A DNA stretch of 64,000 bases from Lingula anatina (taxonomy: Eukaryota; Animalia; Brachiopoda). The translations under genes were made by a program, and so were the position numbers. The notes under the pieces are model-generated. The model was not told the origin of the DNA and searched no databases. It saw only the letters and a list, made by a program, of their open reading frames with translations. Each line of letters opens with the position of its first letter. Position 1 is the first letter of the stretch. The DNA lies in NCBI GenBank assembly GCA_051362555.1, contig CM120640.1, forward strand, positions 19,716,001-19,780,000. The letters run 5' to 3'. Of this stretch, positions 24,701 through 38,842 are shown in pieces.

Positions 24701-27700
24701 ACACGATAACAAGTTTACCATCATTTTTACATAATCAACTAACAATGTTGTAAAGATTCAGGAAATGTCAAACAAACACTTTTACGTATCTTATTACTTA
24801 AATAATAAGGCTATTAACATGCCTAAGAATTAAATCTGAGGAAATCTGAGGAAATGTGAAAAAACAGCATAACTTCTAAAATAATGCCCCAATTATGCTG
24901 ATTTTCGAACTCAACCTGCGTTTTAGTAAGACTGACCGTTCCTGTGAGTTTAATGACAATTGGGCTTTCTGTTTTTCTTATATTGTGTTTACAGTGTTGC
25001 ATATATGCTGAACAATGAAAAAAACGCATAACTACTAAAATAGTGGCCCGATCATGCTGGTTTTTCGAACTTGCCCTGCGTTTTAGTAAGATTGATTACT
25101 CCTGTGAGTTTCATGACAACAGGCCAAACGGTTTTCCTTAAAATGTGTTTACAAGGTTGCATATATGCTGAAAAGTGAAAAAACAGCATAACTTCTACAA
25201 TAATGGCCCGATCATGCTGATTTTCGAACTTGACCTGCGTTTTATGAATATTCATCAGCTCTGTAAATATAAAGCCAAAAAGTAAAACTGCCTTCCACTT
25301 ATGGTGTTTACAAGGAAAGTGCACGGCGACGGCATCGGCATCGGCATCGGCATCGCCATCGGCGACGACGGCGACGACAGACGCAGGTGATGGCAATATG
25401 TACAGACACATCTGTGTCTGTACATAAAAATGTGTGTATTATAGATCTAAAATGAAATCAATGGGCAAACACTGGTCTTAGTCTCAGAATACACCAGCTG
25501 ATAGTTAGCTACTCTAAACCTTTTAGTGATTCATTTTTTCCAAAGCAGTTATTATTTTTTTAATTACTAAGACTTAAAAGTGCGGGGAAAAATTACCCGG
25601 TTCTCTTGCTCCAAATGCCTGTATTGGTCTTCTCTCAATTTTAACTCCCTGTGTATTTGATTCACATCATTTTCTAGATCTCTTCGACGTGCCTTGCAAT
25701 TTTCTGTGCACTCAACCCTAAAACAGACAATATTGTCACAACGATGTATTTACAACTGGATGACATATGTGCTAGAGATTTCACACACCTCTAATTTTAA
25801 TTAAATTCAAACCAAAGAACAATGATTTTTTTTTTGGCAAAAACTTGGGTGTGTCAGCAGACAAATTAAGTCAACTGACTGACAAATGGTAGCTTAAATT
25901 TCTTACACAGGTTTTCTTGTCTTATCCACATGATTTAACATCAAATATATAACGTTAAAGGGTAAAATGTTTTCACTGAGTAGAAAAAATCCTGAGTAAT
26001 CCATTTGAAATGCCACTGATAAGTGTTGTTCTCCATCTGTCCAAACATTTTAAGCACAAAATACACTTGAAGAGATCTGTCCTTTTTTACATAAACAAAT
26101 GTAATGTTGGATCCTTGATGTGTAATTTTATCAATGGCTGCACAGGTGTTTCCATAAAACTACATCTTTCAGGCCAGAACCAACACTCCAAATAAATAGG
26201 TAATCACCTTGTTGAAGTTGCAATTGCCACAGCCCGTGCTGCTGCCGCCTCCTCAGCCTTTTTTGCCTTCCTCTCTGTAGCTAGCTGTGTCTCTATGACC
26301 GCCTTTTGTTTGCGTTCTTCCTGGAGTTTCTTTTCCAACAACTGAAGATTCTGTTTGTCTTGTTGTCGACTGGTGACCAGATTGTGTAGCCTTAACGAAA
26401 GAAAAGATACTGATTTCACTTAAAATGGCTAACATAACACAAAACATCCCACGAGCTGCATGATACTCTTTTTGGTTCAATTAGTTTTTACACATTTCAA
26501 AACCAAGCAAGAAAATGGAGACACGACTGAGCATGTGAAAGACCCTTTTGTGCGATCTGTTTCATAACCAGACCACTAATGAATTCATTACATTTTCTCA
26601 TTAGAATACAGGAAAATCCAGTGAACATTCAGACATCATATTTTCATAATTGGTAGGCATTTCTTACGTAAAATGGGTTCTCGACAACATCATTTCTCTC
26701 ATTTTACCACTGTTCTTCTTGCTTAAGTCTCCATACCTAACCACTTACTTTGCCTGAAGCTGTTCGTTATCCTGTCGTAGCTGATTCATCTCACTTTTTG
26801 TGTGTTTATCTGCGATGAGTAATGTGTTAATCTGTGATCGCAATTCCTGCTCTGTGTTTCGACTGCTCTGCAGATCAGCCTTCAACTTTTTAACATCGCT
26901 TTCCAACCTGAGAAATATATCATTATTCTTTGGACTATTAAAAACGAAGTGCTGTTTGGTTCAGGAAAATAACATCAATGATGAAGTCCAAATTAAAATC
27001 CGTTAAGTTTGGACAGGGATTATAATGGCCTTTTGTGGAAAAAAAAATCACATTAGTGTCTGCTCAAATAATTTCTAGTTGCTCCACTACTTGAATAAAG
27101 GTATGAATGCAAAGTATGAATTAAGACATCACTGCAAAGCTTCAGACGACATTAAAAAAGTCTCTTTTATGATTCAAATTTGAAAAATGAAATACAAACC
27201 TATTCAAGGATGCATCCTTGTCTAGGGGAACACTGTTATTTGTTGTGGAACTATCTTTAGACGTGTTTGTACTTTTTCCTTTTTTCGAACTGCTGGAAAC
27301 AACATTATCTTTGGAGGAATTTAATTTGCTACTCGTTTTTGTGACGCCATTTGCTTTATATCCTTTTGCGTGCTGGTCATTTATGTAATTTTCCACACTT
27401 TCATCGTAGTCATTGACATTTGGCCTTTTTGATGGACTCTGTTCAATGTATTCAAAATCTTCTATATGTTGCTGCTTGCTATCTGTGGTGTCTGTTTTGC
27501 TGCTACTAGAATTGCTGCTGTTGTTGGATGTAACCTGTGTTTTCTTTCCATGTGTCACACCATTGGAGATTACTTCCTCTTTACTAGGTAATGCTGAAAT
27601 AGAAGAAGCAATAAAATTTTTAAAATCAAATTCCTCTAGGAAACCAATTCTTCTAGGAAATCCTGTCAATGTAAAGCATTTCATTTTCTTTTCAGTCAAA

Positions 27701-30700
27701 TGACTGGTATAGTTTACACATCATAGTGACATGATTAACTGCATTTACTCAAAACATTTCGCGACAGATTCTCATCAAACTGAGTCAATATAAATATATA
27801 CAGTTCTAAAAGTGATTTTTCAACAGATTTATGCAACTCTCAACAAAATTGTGCAAGGGTAACCTCAGTGGTAAACTTGCACTTGGGCTCACCTTTTACT
27901 TTTTCAGCAGCAGGTATGACATTTTGCTGCTCAGGGGGTAAAGCATTTCGCAGTAGCTGCATATAAAAATCATTATCCGCCTGGACGTCTTTCTGTTTAC
28001 GCTGAAATTGCCAAGAAATACCTACTTAACATCAGGTTTTTCAAGAGCTATTGGCAAAATTCTTAGCAACACAGAATTTACCAGAATTCTACGCCGTTCT
28101 TAGAAAATGTAAACAACACTTAATATAGAATGGATGCATACATGAATTACTATTTCAAAAAGACTGTTGGTTTCCTACACTCTTGACACCACAAAGATAT
28201 CTCAGCTTTAGAAGCCATTACTGTTACCCAGAAAAACCAAAACCTATGCCTTGCAAATTACAGGCTATGCATCATGGATAACTGTTTATCTCATGTTTTT
28301 CTATCTGTACATGTTATGTCACATACAATGTTATGCAATTTCTAACATTTACAGAACATATGATACGGTAATTGCTTCAAATTTTCAAACACCACTTTTT
28401 TCAATACCTCAACTGATCAAGATTTATCATTTTTAATTTCTTGCAAAATGTACTTTCTGACATACAGCCAAGTTTTCAGGATTATCAAACCAACAATTTT
28501 AAGTATTGCTAACAAACACCGTTTTGGAGTAAACTATTAATTAATTTCATTCTATTTTAATGAATAATTACCGTAAGTAATGCATAGGTAACTGTATGAA
28601 GTAAAGGTTAAGGCTAAAGTAAGGCATGGAATTCAGTAGTGGGTTTAATGAGATTTTCTACGCAGCACGAGATTAGCGTTGCTATTCTACAGACACTTAT
28701 ACAGAATCATACTCACCAATCTTAGTTTATAAGATATATAACTTTTGAAGCCAAAACCAAGTGTCACTACAGGATATCCAATACTGAAATAGAAATATAA
28801 CACATTATGAAACAATGCAACAGTCACATTCACTACATATGCCAAATACCATGCTTGTCAATACATTTTTTCTTGTTATTTTTCCATAAAAATCCCTACT
28901 TCTTTGGGGTAACTTATTAATTTAACATTACTAATATTACTTAAAGAGGCAAAAACACCTGTACTGATCAAAGCTAAAAGCTGTGACAAAATCTATAAAG
29001 TGTGGCTTAAATGACACGTTATCTTGTAAAGCCACTGCATGTATTAATCACTAAGCTTGCAATATGAACACTTCATAAAAATATCACCTGTGGTGTGCAT
29101 GCAACTTCCATGAGATTGAAATCAAAAGGCTACTGTTAATTCATCCGGTACATTTCACAATCAATTTCAGACAATGTGTCAGCCCTGCACTTGACAGACA
29201 CTAAATCTATTCATTTATATAAATATTAATTAATAAGGCTACTGTGGATACTGTTATTGATATAAATCTGGACACAGTGCAATCCAAATTGGAATGCTAT
29301 CACTACTGGGAGCAATAGTGACACAATATGGATAGTGTAACCAAACTGGAGAAATCTACCTACCAATGAGCTGCAAATGGCCGACAGAGGTCTAAGTTGA
29401 ATGGTAGACTTTTAAGTTCCCTTAATCTTATTGAGGCCTCAATGTAGACAAAGAGAAGCCATAGTGAGACAGTGGGAAGACAGATCCCCCTCTCTGAAAT
29501 TAAAAGAAACAGTAAATAAAGTAAACAATACTCCCACTACATTCATTTCACTAAGATGATTAATTTTTTAAAAGAAATATTTAACCTCAAGTCATATGAT
29601 TAATCCAAGAAACGTCCACGACATGCTATGGACTGCCAAGGCATCATTAAGCTTATTTCCAACAAATTGGTTCATATTAAATCTGTTCATGCTGTCATGA
29701 CATACACAACAACATGCACATTATCATTTACCACATCACACCTTAAATTTGCCTTGATATAATAAAACACCAGAGCTCCTTGGATAGCAACCTTGTTAAT
29801 TAAGAAGAGGAAAGTCCCTGGACAGATTACTACAGCTGTATAACTCCAGATCTATTATGTCGCCACATCCAAACACAATGAGGAAAGCCCCTGGACAGAT
29901 TACTAATACTTTATAATGCCAGACTTATTATATTATCACATCCATATCCAAACACATGGCAGAATGAAAGAACCTAAAAAGTGCGATCATAACATTTTAG
30001 GCTTCATAAAAATTTGCCAATTCAGTCTGTTCTGCAACTTGCGTACCAATAACAAATGCATGGAGAAAGTCCACCAAAACCCACACTATGTGGATAATAC
30101 ACTTGTCACCTGATGTAACTTGTGACCACATGCAATTTAAAGCACTGTTGATAACGCTTCAAGATTTCATCTATATGAGGAGATTTTTTACTGATTTAAC
30201 CAAATTTTAAGAAAGTCCAGGGTGGACTAGATATTAAGACACCTGACAGGCAGGTGACCAAGGCAGCAACAAAGTAATCCAACGAGAGCGGATTTAATCA
30301 GGCTTCTCTACTCTAATTATAATCAGGTATTATTGTGAAGTCATGAGGTGTTAATTAGTGCTGTTTAATTAAAATGTGGATTATGTATGAATTTGATAAA
30401 CAATTTTAGATTACGTCTTGATATTAAGGGAAAAGTGTCCAAATTTCCTGGAAAATCACATTTGGCAGTATGAAGACCTATCACTCATTGCATGACTTTA
30501 GTGAATAATAAAGAAAACTGATAACTGATCTGATTTTCACTTTCAATTTGGTATTGTAGTAGTCTTCACACCACATACATGTACAGCTTATTGTATGCCA
30601 TACCTACCAGTAAATATGCAATGTTAAACCCCAGTAGTGCTGATATAACTACTGATTTATTGGCACAGCATCAATAAACTGTGGCAATGCATATTGTACA

Positions 30701-33700
30701 TAATGTTTGAATGCTGTGAATTAAATGACACCTCAACTTGCTGTTCAGTTATAAAGAATATCTGCAAAATGATCTTCAAACAGTGTATTTTTAGGTACAT
30801 CTTCAATAATTTTCAGAACTCTGCCTAGATGATGTTAAAATAAAATGAATGAATGTTTTCTGTGGGGAAACTGAGATACTCTCAAGTTGCACTCCAACCT
30901 GTAATCTAATTTTGTAATTAGTGCAAGTGCTATGCAATCAACTGGCCTGATCACATATCATTCTTTTTGACATAATCAGTAAGAGTGACATGCATTAAAT
31001 CAACATCAATTTTTTTTATTCTGAAAAAAAAAAAAAAAAAAAAACTGGAGCCAACCTGACACAGAATAGGACAACTGCATTAATTCAAATTGAAGATCTT
31101 CACACTAAAAGGACTTCACACTCAGACTATCCAAAATTGACTAAACTATCAAGACAGCAAGTCCTCTAGCAACATAAACCCCATAAAGCCCTTAAGCAAT
31201 TGAACGTAGTTCTGTGAGGATAAAAAACAAGACCACTTCCAAATTTTCCTGCTGTCTCAGTTATGGGTGCATTTCCTTGGTTGTAAAATCATTTGCATCC
31301 CAATAATCACTTTATCAGTGACCTTAGAGTACCATAAAGTATTTTCATGATTGCAAGGCATTGAGTTGGAAATGAAGTATGCCATTTATCACCAAGTCTG
31401 TTACATTTAAATATATATTTATCTATACTTCAAGAAATTATCAAAGGTAAACATAAAGGGCTCTCATTCAAATGCTTCCAAATTGGCTACAGATATGCTT
31501 GACACAAGGTTTCCTTGCACTTCTTGCATTTGAACTTCAAATTGTAAGGTATAATTGTCGTGATCAAATCCATGTGCTTTTTCTCAAGATAGTTAGACAG
31601 GCTGTGGTAAAACCTTCAACAAATATTTTCGTGCTAGAACAGCAGTTCTTCAGACTTGGTATTTAATATCCGACTTCTGAATGTCATATTCAAACATTCA
31701 ATGTGTGTGTGCATGATTGGGGGGGGGGGGGGAATGAGGGGTATGTTCCATTCCTCAGTATTTTAAAGTTTTAGCACAAAACCAGGTGAGGTTTTATTTT
31801 CTCTTGCCCTTGAAGCTGAATAGCCACCAAAACTTCTTCTATGTTCCAAATTTCATTTATTTCACTTACCTGTATGCCAAACATACTGAACCCATACATA
31901 TGTACTGGCGGCAAAGAACAGCCACTGTACTGGGATAAACAGGTAACAGACAACATCCGAGGTAATGGCAATGCAGACGAAGAAAATGGAAAATGCCTGG
32001 AAAGAAAAAAAGTTGTCAAAGGTCATATATACTATTCAATAAACATTTAAGATTGAATGTATATAATTATGTCCTTTTCTATCAATCAATGCTGATTTGA
32101 AAGTTATCTTAACTTCAGGATGCAACATATATAACTGACATAATTACTAGTAATCTAAAATGGATTTCAAGACATAAATTGCAAACTCCAAATTAGAATA
32201 AAATCAAAAGATAAAAAAAAAAACATAAGATAGTATATTTCAAAACCAAAGGCTTAATAATAACTACTACAACTAGAGGATCAGAGAGGCGATACCGCCT
32301 CTGGATATTGTACCACCAGCTGGAGTAAGCGCCACCACCACCACCACTACCACCTGTGCTGTGATTGACAAAACTAAATGCAATAAACCAGTTCTTAAAA
32401 TATGCCAAAAGAAGCGAAAAACTGCATAACCTTTGTAAAAATGGTTTGATAGACCAGTTTTGGAGACGTAACGGAAAACTCAGTTCACGGTGAAAAGTAG
32501 GTCAAAGGTCCATTTCACAGTCACAGTTAGATTGCCAGTATATGACTTCCTATTCAAGTTCAATAGTAACTATGGGCATATCTCTGCCAATTTTAGAGTA
32601 TTTCACATTTTATTTTCACAACTGAATATTGCACCATTGTACTTTTTGATATAGTGCCTAAACCATATCGAAATTTAAAAAAAGTCTATCACCTTCAGTA
32701 TTGCGCTTATCAAGTTCTACAAAATGCAAAAAACCATAGGTCTACAGCACTTTTGGTTTAAGAATTAGGGAGAGTTTTCAGTTTTGCCATTAGATTTTCT
32801 AATGGCTGTCTCCCCCGTGAAAATGCACTGATTGACCCCAAACTCTTGAAAATGAAAGAAGTCCCTAATTGTAACCCACCACTGTAATATGAGAGCTTAG
32901 GTCTGTGTAGTTTCTGAAAACTGGCAGAAACAAATATTTTTTTTGCAAAAAATTCCCATTTTTTTGAAAATTTTGGCCCATTTGACCTTGAAATAAAGGT
33001 CAAAGGTCAAATGCAAGGGCACATTTGGAATCTTCACATATGACTTTTGGTCAGACTTCTATAGAAATTTTTCCCATAATTCCTTCAGTTTGGGAGATAT
33101 TTGGCATTGAATTTTCAAAAATTTTGACAAGGGTGCATTTCAACGAGTGCCACGCCCAGGCCATGACACCAATTGAGACAAAAAAAACAGGGGGTTCAAG
33201 TTGAGATTATATGTGACCTAAAGCCAAGAGATGGGGACACGGGTCCTTGCAGTCTAGGAGGAGAAGCGGTAACGGTGACTTGTATCCGGCGCCAGAACGC
33301 GGAGCCGCAGGAGCCGTACGAGACGGGTCGGGACTAAAACCATGAGTATCGCCAGCGTACACGCTGGTGGTACTAATTATCAGATTTACATCTCACGACA
33401 AACCATTTGTTCAGGGCAATTCAGGTTAATACGTGTACTTCAGTCAATTTAGTCTTTTATTAACCAAATAACATGATCCAAAATGCAATACTACCCAAAA
33501 ATCATGAATCATCATTATTAAAACAAAGACAAACTATGATAAGGAAAGATAAATGCAAGTCACTAAAAATAAACTATGGTAGCAGTTTGGGTCATTATCA
33601 TATTATTTATCCATATTTGTGACAATATCATATCTTTATCAGTGCAACAAAATCTACCCTGGACACATCCCAAAACTTATATCAGCTGCTGCACTTGCTT

Positions 33701-36700
33701 TCATGATTCACTTTTACTGTTTTGAAGCAAAGTGATATCATAAATGATGAAATAATTCTTCCTACAATACCGAAATCAGATTTAACAGCAAATCATCTTT
33801 CGCATTATCAACGCAGAGCCACTGGTGCAGAGTATCTTTTTCCTTAATCCACAGAACCCGATTGTGAATGTTATACTGGGAAGACTAAGGCGACAAACTA
33901 AGCAAAACATTGGTATTACCCAGGCAGGTGGGCCTACTTTAGAAAATTGAAAACACCAGGTACGGCTTTCAAGGAGGGAAAGGTTGGGGGGGGGGGGGGG
34001 AAAGAAACGAGCCATTTAACAACTTAATCACCATCATTATTAGCTTGAATCCCCAATGTCAGGGTTTTCAATCTCATTCCAATAGCCACAGGCCTGCACT
34101 TTTCCACACAGCTTGGTAAATTTAACTACTTTGCATGTAAATCAAGACTGTACTAAATTTTACAATTTTTATCATAGGTCAAACAGTACTTATTCTAAAA
34201 TACTCACCACCAATAGAAATACTGAATCTCCACCTTACCGTGAAGAATTCAATGCAAACAAAACTACACATTCTTCTACCTTATGCCCTAGACCAATTTC
34301 CAAAGACTTTCTATTAGCGAATAATAACTGGTCAGTATGTTAAACAATCAAATATGAAATCCTGATGTGGTTTTAATCTGTTCAATATGTCTTAACAAAA
34401 AACATGGACCTGACTGGGTCAGAATATCATTCCCTGAGATTACCAAATCATATAAAAGAATGTGGTAGGGCCAGATAAAAAACTAAAACCCCTCCACCTA
34501 TTCAATATTTCCTTGAAAAAAATCTGATGCTGATGTAATAAAAATTATTCTCTTTCGTAAATTATGTAACACTCAACATCATTTGAGGTAAACAACATTT
34601 TCACGACCTTAACCTAGGCAACTTTCAAGGTTATTCTGGAGGCGGCCCTAGCTTTCATATACACACACATCTTCAATATGATATGAGCACATGAACACAC
34701 CTAGCCCATCCAGCAGGATTCTTAAGAACCACTCAGTGATACAGTGCAATAAGAAGACAAGTGTGTAATTGAAACTTTGCTGCAAGATATTTCCTGAAGA
34801 AATGGTTTCAATCACTTTTTACTACAATGTCATTTATTTGGTTCGCCAAAGCTTTGTTTGGGCTGGATTGGACTGTATATATTGAAAGACCATAGTATTT
34901 GCTTCTTTTTTAGAGGATACAATTTCATCAACTGTGTTTTACCTGTAAAGGTCACTGGGTCACCAGGAAATACAAACATCCCAGTAGATCAACCATACTA
35001 ATGTTTGTGTAATAAAAAACATCAACAAAGCAAACACATTCTACTGAATAAAACATAGACCATATTGCTAATAGGCCAATCTTTTTCAAGGGATTATCAG
35101 AACCAACAGAGTTCTATAACTGAAAGAGTATGGTCATAAATTATCAACAAAGATACAAAATGCAAATTATCTTTTTTTTTCTTTCAGCTATTCACCACAA
35201 AACATGTAAAGTAGCATTTTGCTTGCTCGTTTTTTTCTCTCCCTCTTAAAAACAGCAAGCAAACACATTCTAAATCACAATACCGACCAGACCAATTTGT
35301 ACTGCACCTGTGTAACAGACTGACAAAAATGGTAAACATTCACATGAGCAATTATGTCCAAGAGACTGGTGTTGCTAACATGCAACACACAACTATATGA
35401 AATGTTACCTGTCACAAACACCCAAGTCAAGTAGTATGTGCACTTTGATTAACGAGGGACAACTGCTAACAGATCAACAGACTGTAAAAGAGAAGTTTTG
35501 TGCAATTTATCCTTCTTTATCTGGACTTCAAAGCATAATTTTGCAAACGTTCCATTATTGGTTATCACTGTATTAAATATTTAAGGAATCCTATGAGGGA
35601 CTTTCTTGCCAATCAAATTTTCCCCTAGAAAAATTTTTTTTCTTGCTCACAATCATTGCTTGACCCGTCCTTGCACTTGGAATGAATGTTTTAAATCCCA
35701 TTCCCATACTAGTACCTAGGTTGATCTAACAGGATCGATCCATCTCTGAGGGGGTTACTTGCTGAATTTCTTTTAGCTTAAGCGGCTTAGATGTCTGGCA
35801 TGCCTACTGAAGCTGTAAGGTGGTAATTAACTATTGTTTAGCAGCTTCAGTAGGCTTGCCAGACATCTAAGCTGCTTAAGCTGAAAGCAATTTAGCGAGA
35901 AGCCCCTGGGAGATGAATTGATCCTGTTAGATCAATATAGGTATGGGAATGGGGTCTTATACATTCTTTATAATTAAATAATTTAGTTAGAAAGGACTGG
36001 CCAGTCATTAAAAACATCCTTTCTGACATTAACAATAAACTAACTGCACAACAACAGGATTGGCTTAGTTTTCACTTCATAACACAAAAGAAATTAGTAT
36101 TGTCTTGGATAATGCCATGGTTTGGACCTTGCAAGGACTTTAAAATCTAAACTAATGATTTTATAAATGCTTTTTTTCCAAGGTCTGAATTGGAAATGAT
36201 GAAAAGCTTTGCTGTAAAAAATTACAACTTTGAGACATTTTTAAACACCTTAAAACAGGTTTCAAAGAAAATTTCTGATTTCATAAATTAAACGCAAAAT
36301 TTACACATATTCTTCATAAAATATGATAAATTCAAATGCTTTGTAATAAATTCACTGTAGGGGTAGTGTTCAAGCCTTCACAGTCTGCTCTGTGACTGGG
36401 TTTCCATACTTAGATCGATCCATTTGGATCGACTTAACTCCCTAGGGGTTCACGCTAAATTGCTATTAGCTCCCAATGGAGCCGAGATTTAACTAGAGGA
36501 TCAGAGAGGCGATACCGCCTCCGAATATTGTACCAACAGCTGGAGCAAGCGCATTCGTATAGACCCCCCACATACACAAAATAAGGGACACAGCCACCAG
36601 TCTTTTGCTTGACAAGCTGTAAAAATGCAATCAACAAGAATTTTCAAAATATGCAAAAAAATATATCAAAAGTTCATCAAAAGGTAGGTGAAAGGTCAAT

Positions 36701-38805
36701 TTCACAGTAAGATTGCCAGTATATGACTTCCTATTCAGGTCAAAGGTCAATTTCAAGGTCACATTTAGATTGCCAGTGTATGGCTTCCTATTCAACTTCA
36801 ATAGTAACTATGGACCTATCTCTGCCAGTTTTTGAGATAAAAGGGAAGCAAAATTTGCAAAGTTCAGTTCATGGTGAAAAGTAGGTCAAAGGTCAATTTC
36901 AAGGTCACATTTAGATTGCCAGTGTATGACTTCCTATTCAACTTCAATAGTAACTTTGGACCTATCTCTGCCAGTTTGGGAGATAAAAGGGAAGCAAAAT
37001 TTGCAAAGTTCAGTTCATGGTGAAAAGTAGGTCAAAGGTCAATTTCAAGGTCACATTTAGATTGCCAGTATATGACTTCCTATTCAACTTCAATAGTAAC
37101 TATGGACCTATCTCTGCCAGTTTGGGAGATAAAAGGGAAGCAAAATTTGCAAAATTCAGTTCATGGTGAAAAGTAGGTCAAAGGTCAATTTCAAGGTCAC
37201 ATTTAGATTGCCAGTATATGACTTCCCATTCAAGTTCAATAGTAACTATGGACCTATCTCTGCCAGTTTTGGATATGAAAGGGAAGCAAAATTTGCAAAG
37301 TTCAGTTCATGGTGAAAAGTAGGTCAAAGGTCAATTTCAAGGTCACATTAAGATTGCCAGTATATGACTTCCTATTCAACTTCAATAGTAACTTTGGACC
37401 TATCTCTGTCAGTTTGGGAGATAAAAGGGAAGCAAAATATGCAAAGTTCAGTTCATGGTGAAAAGTAGGTCAAAGGTCAATTTCAAGGTCACATTTAGAT
37501 TGCCAGTATATGACTTCCTATTCAACTTCAATAGTAACTATGGACCTATCTCTGCCAGTTTTGGATATGAAAGGGAAGCAAAATTTGCAAAATTCAGTTC
37601 ATGGTGAAAAGAAGGTCAAAGGTCAATTTCAAGGTCACATTAAGATTGCCAGTGTATGACTTCCTATTCAAGTTCAATAGTAACTATGGACCTATCTCTG
37701 CCAGTTTTGGAGATAAAAGGGAAGCAAAATTTGGAAAGTTCAGTTCATGGTGAAAAGTAGGTCAAAGGTCAATGTCAAGGTCACATTTAGATTGCCAGTG
37801 TATGACTTCCTATTCAACTTCAATAGTAACTATGGACCTATCTCTGTCAGTTTTGGAGATTAAAGGGAAGCAAAATTTGCAAAGGTCAGTTCATGGTAAA
37901 AAGTAGGTCAAAGGTCAATTTCAAAGTCACATTTAGATTGCCAGTATATGACTTCCCATTCAAGTTCAATAGTAACTATGGACCTATCTCTGCCAGTTTG
38001 GGAGATAAAAGGGAAGCAAAATTTGCAAAGTTCAGTTCATGGTGAAAAGTAGGTCAAAGGTCAATTTCAAGGTCACATTTAGATTGCCAGTATATGACTT
38101 CCCATTCAAGTTCAATAGTAACTATGGACCTATCTCTGCCAGTTTTGGAGATAAAAGGGAAACAAAATTTGCAAAGGTTAGTTCATGGTGAAAAGTAGGT
38201 CAAAGGTCAATTTCAAGGTCACATTTAGATTGCCAGTATATGACTTCAATAGTAACTATGGACCTATCTATGCCAGTTTTGGAGAAAAAAGGGAAGCAAA
38301 ATATGCAAAGTTTAGTTCATGGTGAAAAGTAGTCAGGCCGCCATGTCCAAATTTTATCCAGAATTGTGCAAAAGATGATAAAAGCATGAAATTTTCCACG
38401 ATGAATGACCATTGGGTGTTTGTCAACCTCCTGATCCAAAATAGACGAACACCCAATGGTTATTCATCGTGGAAAGTTTCATGCTTTTATCATCTATTGC
38501 ACAATTCTGGATAAAATTTGTACTTAGCCATCTGACTATACCGTACTGCACATTTTGCTTTCACCATCAATATGTACTTTTTGATAGCGTAACTCGAAAA
38601 CCGTTTGGAATACAAAAGAACGGAGACCACCTCAGTGGTGGGCTTTACATGCTCTACAAAATGCAAAAAAGAATGGGTCTCTAGCATTAACGGTTCCCGA
38701 ATTAGAGACAGTTTTCCGGAACGATCCGGACGGGACCGAAACCATGTGTACTGCCAGCGCTAACGCTGGTGGTACAATGACCATACCCCCGCAAGGATGA
38801 TGCAT

Positions 38806-38842
<37 letters not shown>

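Larger units (their letters stand above)
36491..38778 (-). mobile_element. HINE/DINE-1-like element, long copy carrying a tandem array
   Basis: Near-identical terminus, hairpin and sub-TIRs to 32271-33377; interior expanded into 146-bp repeats. Confidence 0.82.

Noticed and set aside
23956-25411. Duplicated ORFs MCLYILPSPASVV...
   Set aside because: Frames through the duplicated HINE end and its microsatellite.
29806-29960. ~73-bp degenerate direct repeat (GAGGAAAG.CCCTGGACAGATTACTA) in a macoilin intron
   Set aside because: Ordinary old two-copy local duplication.
32193-36637. Similar ORFs containing SSWWYNIQRRYRLSDPLV / SSCWYNIRRRYRLSDPLV
   Set aside because: Translation of the shared HINE terminus.
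36737-38330. Regular array as a CRISPR-like locus
   Set aside because: Units are contiguous near-identical monomers with no unique spacers, inside a eukaryotic intron.
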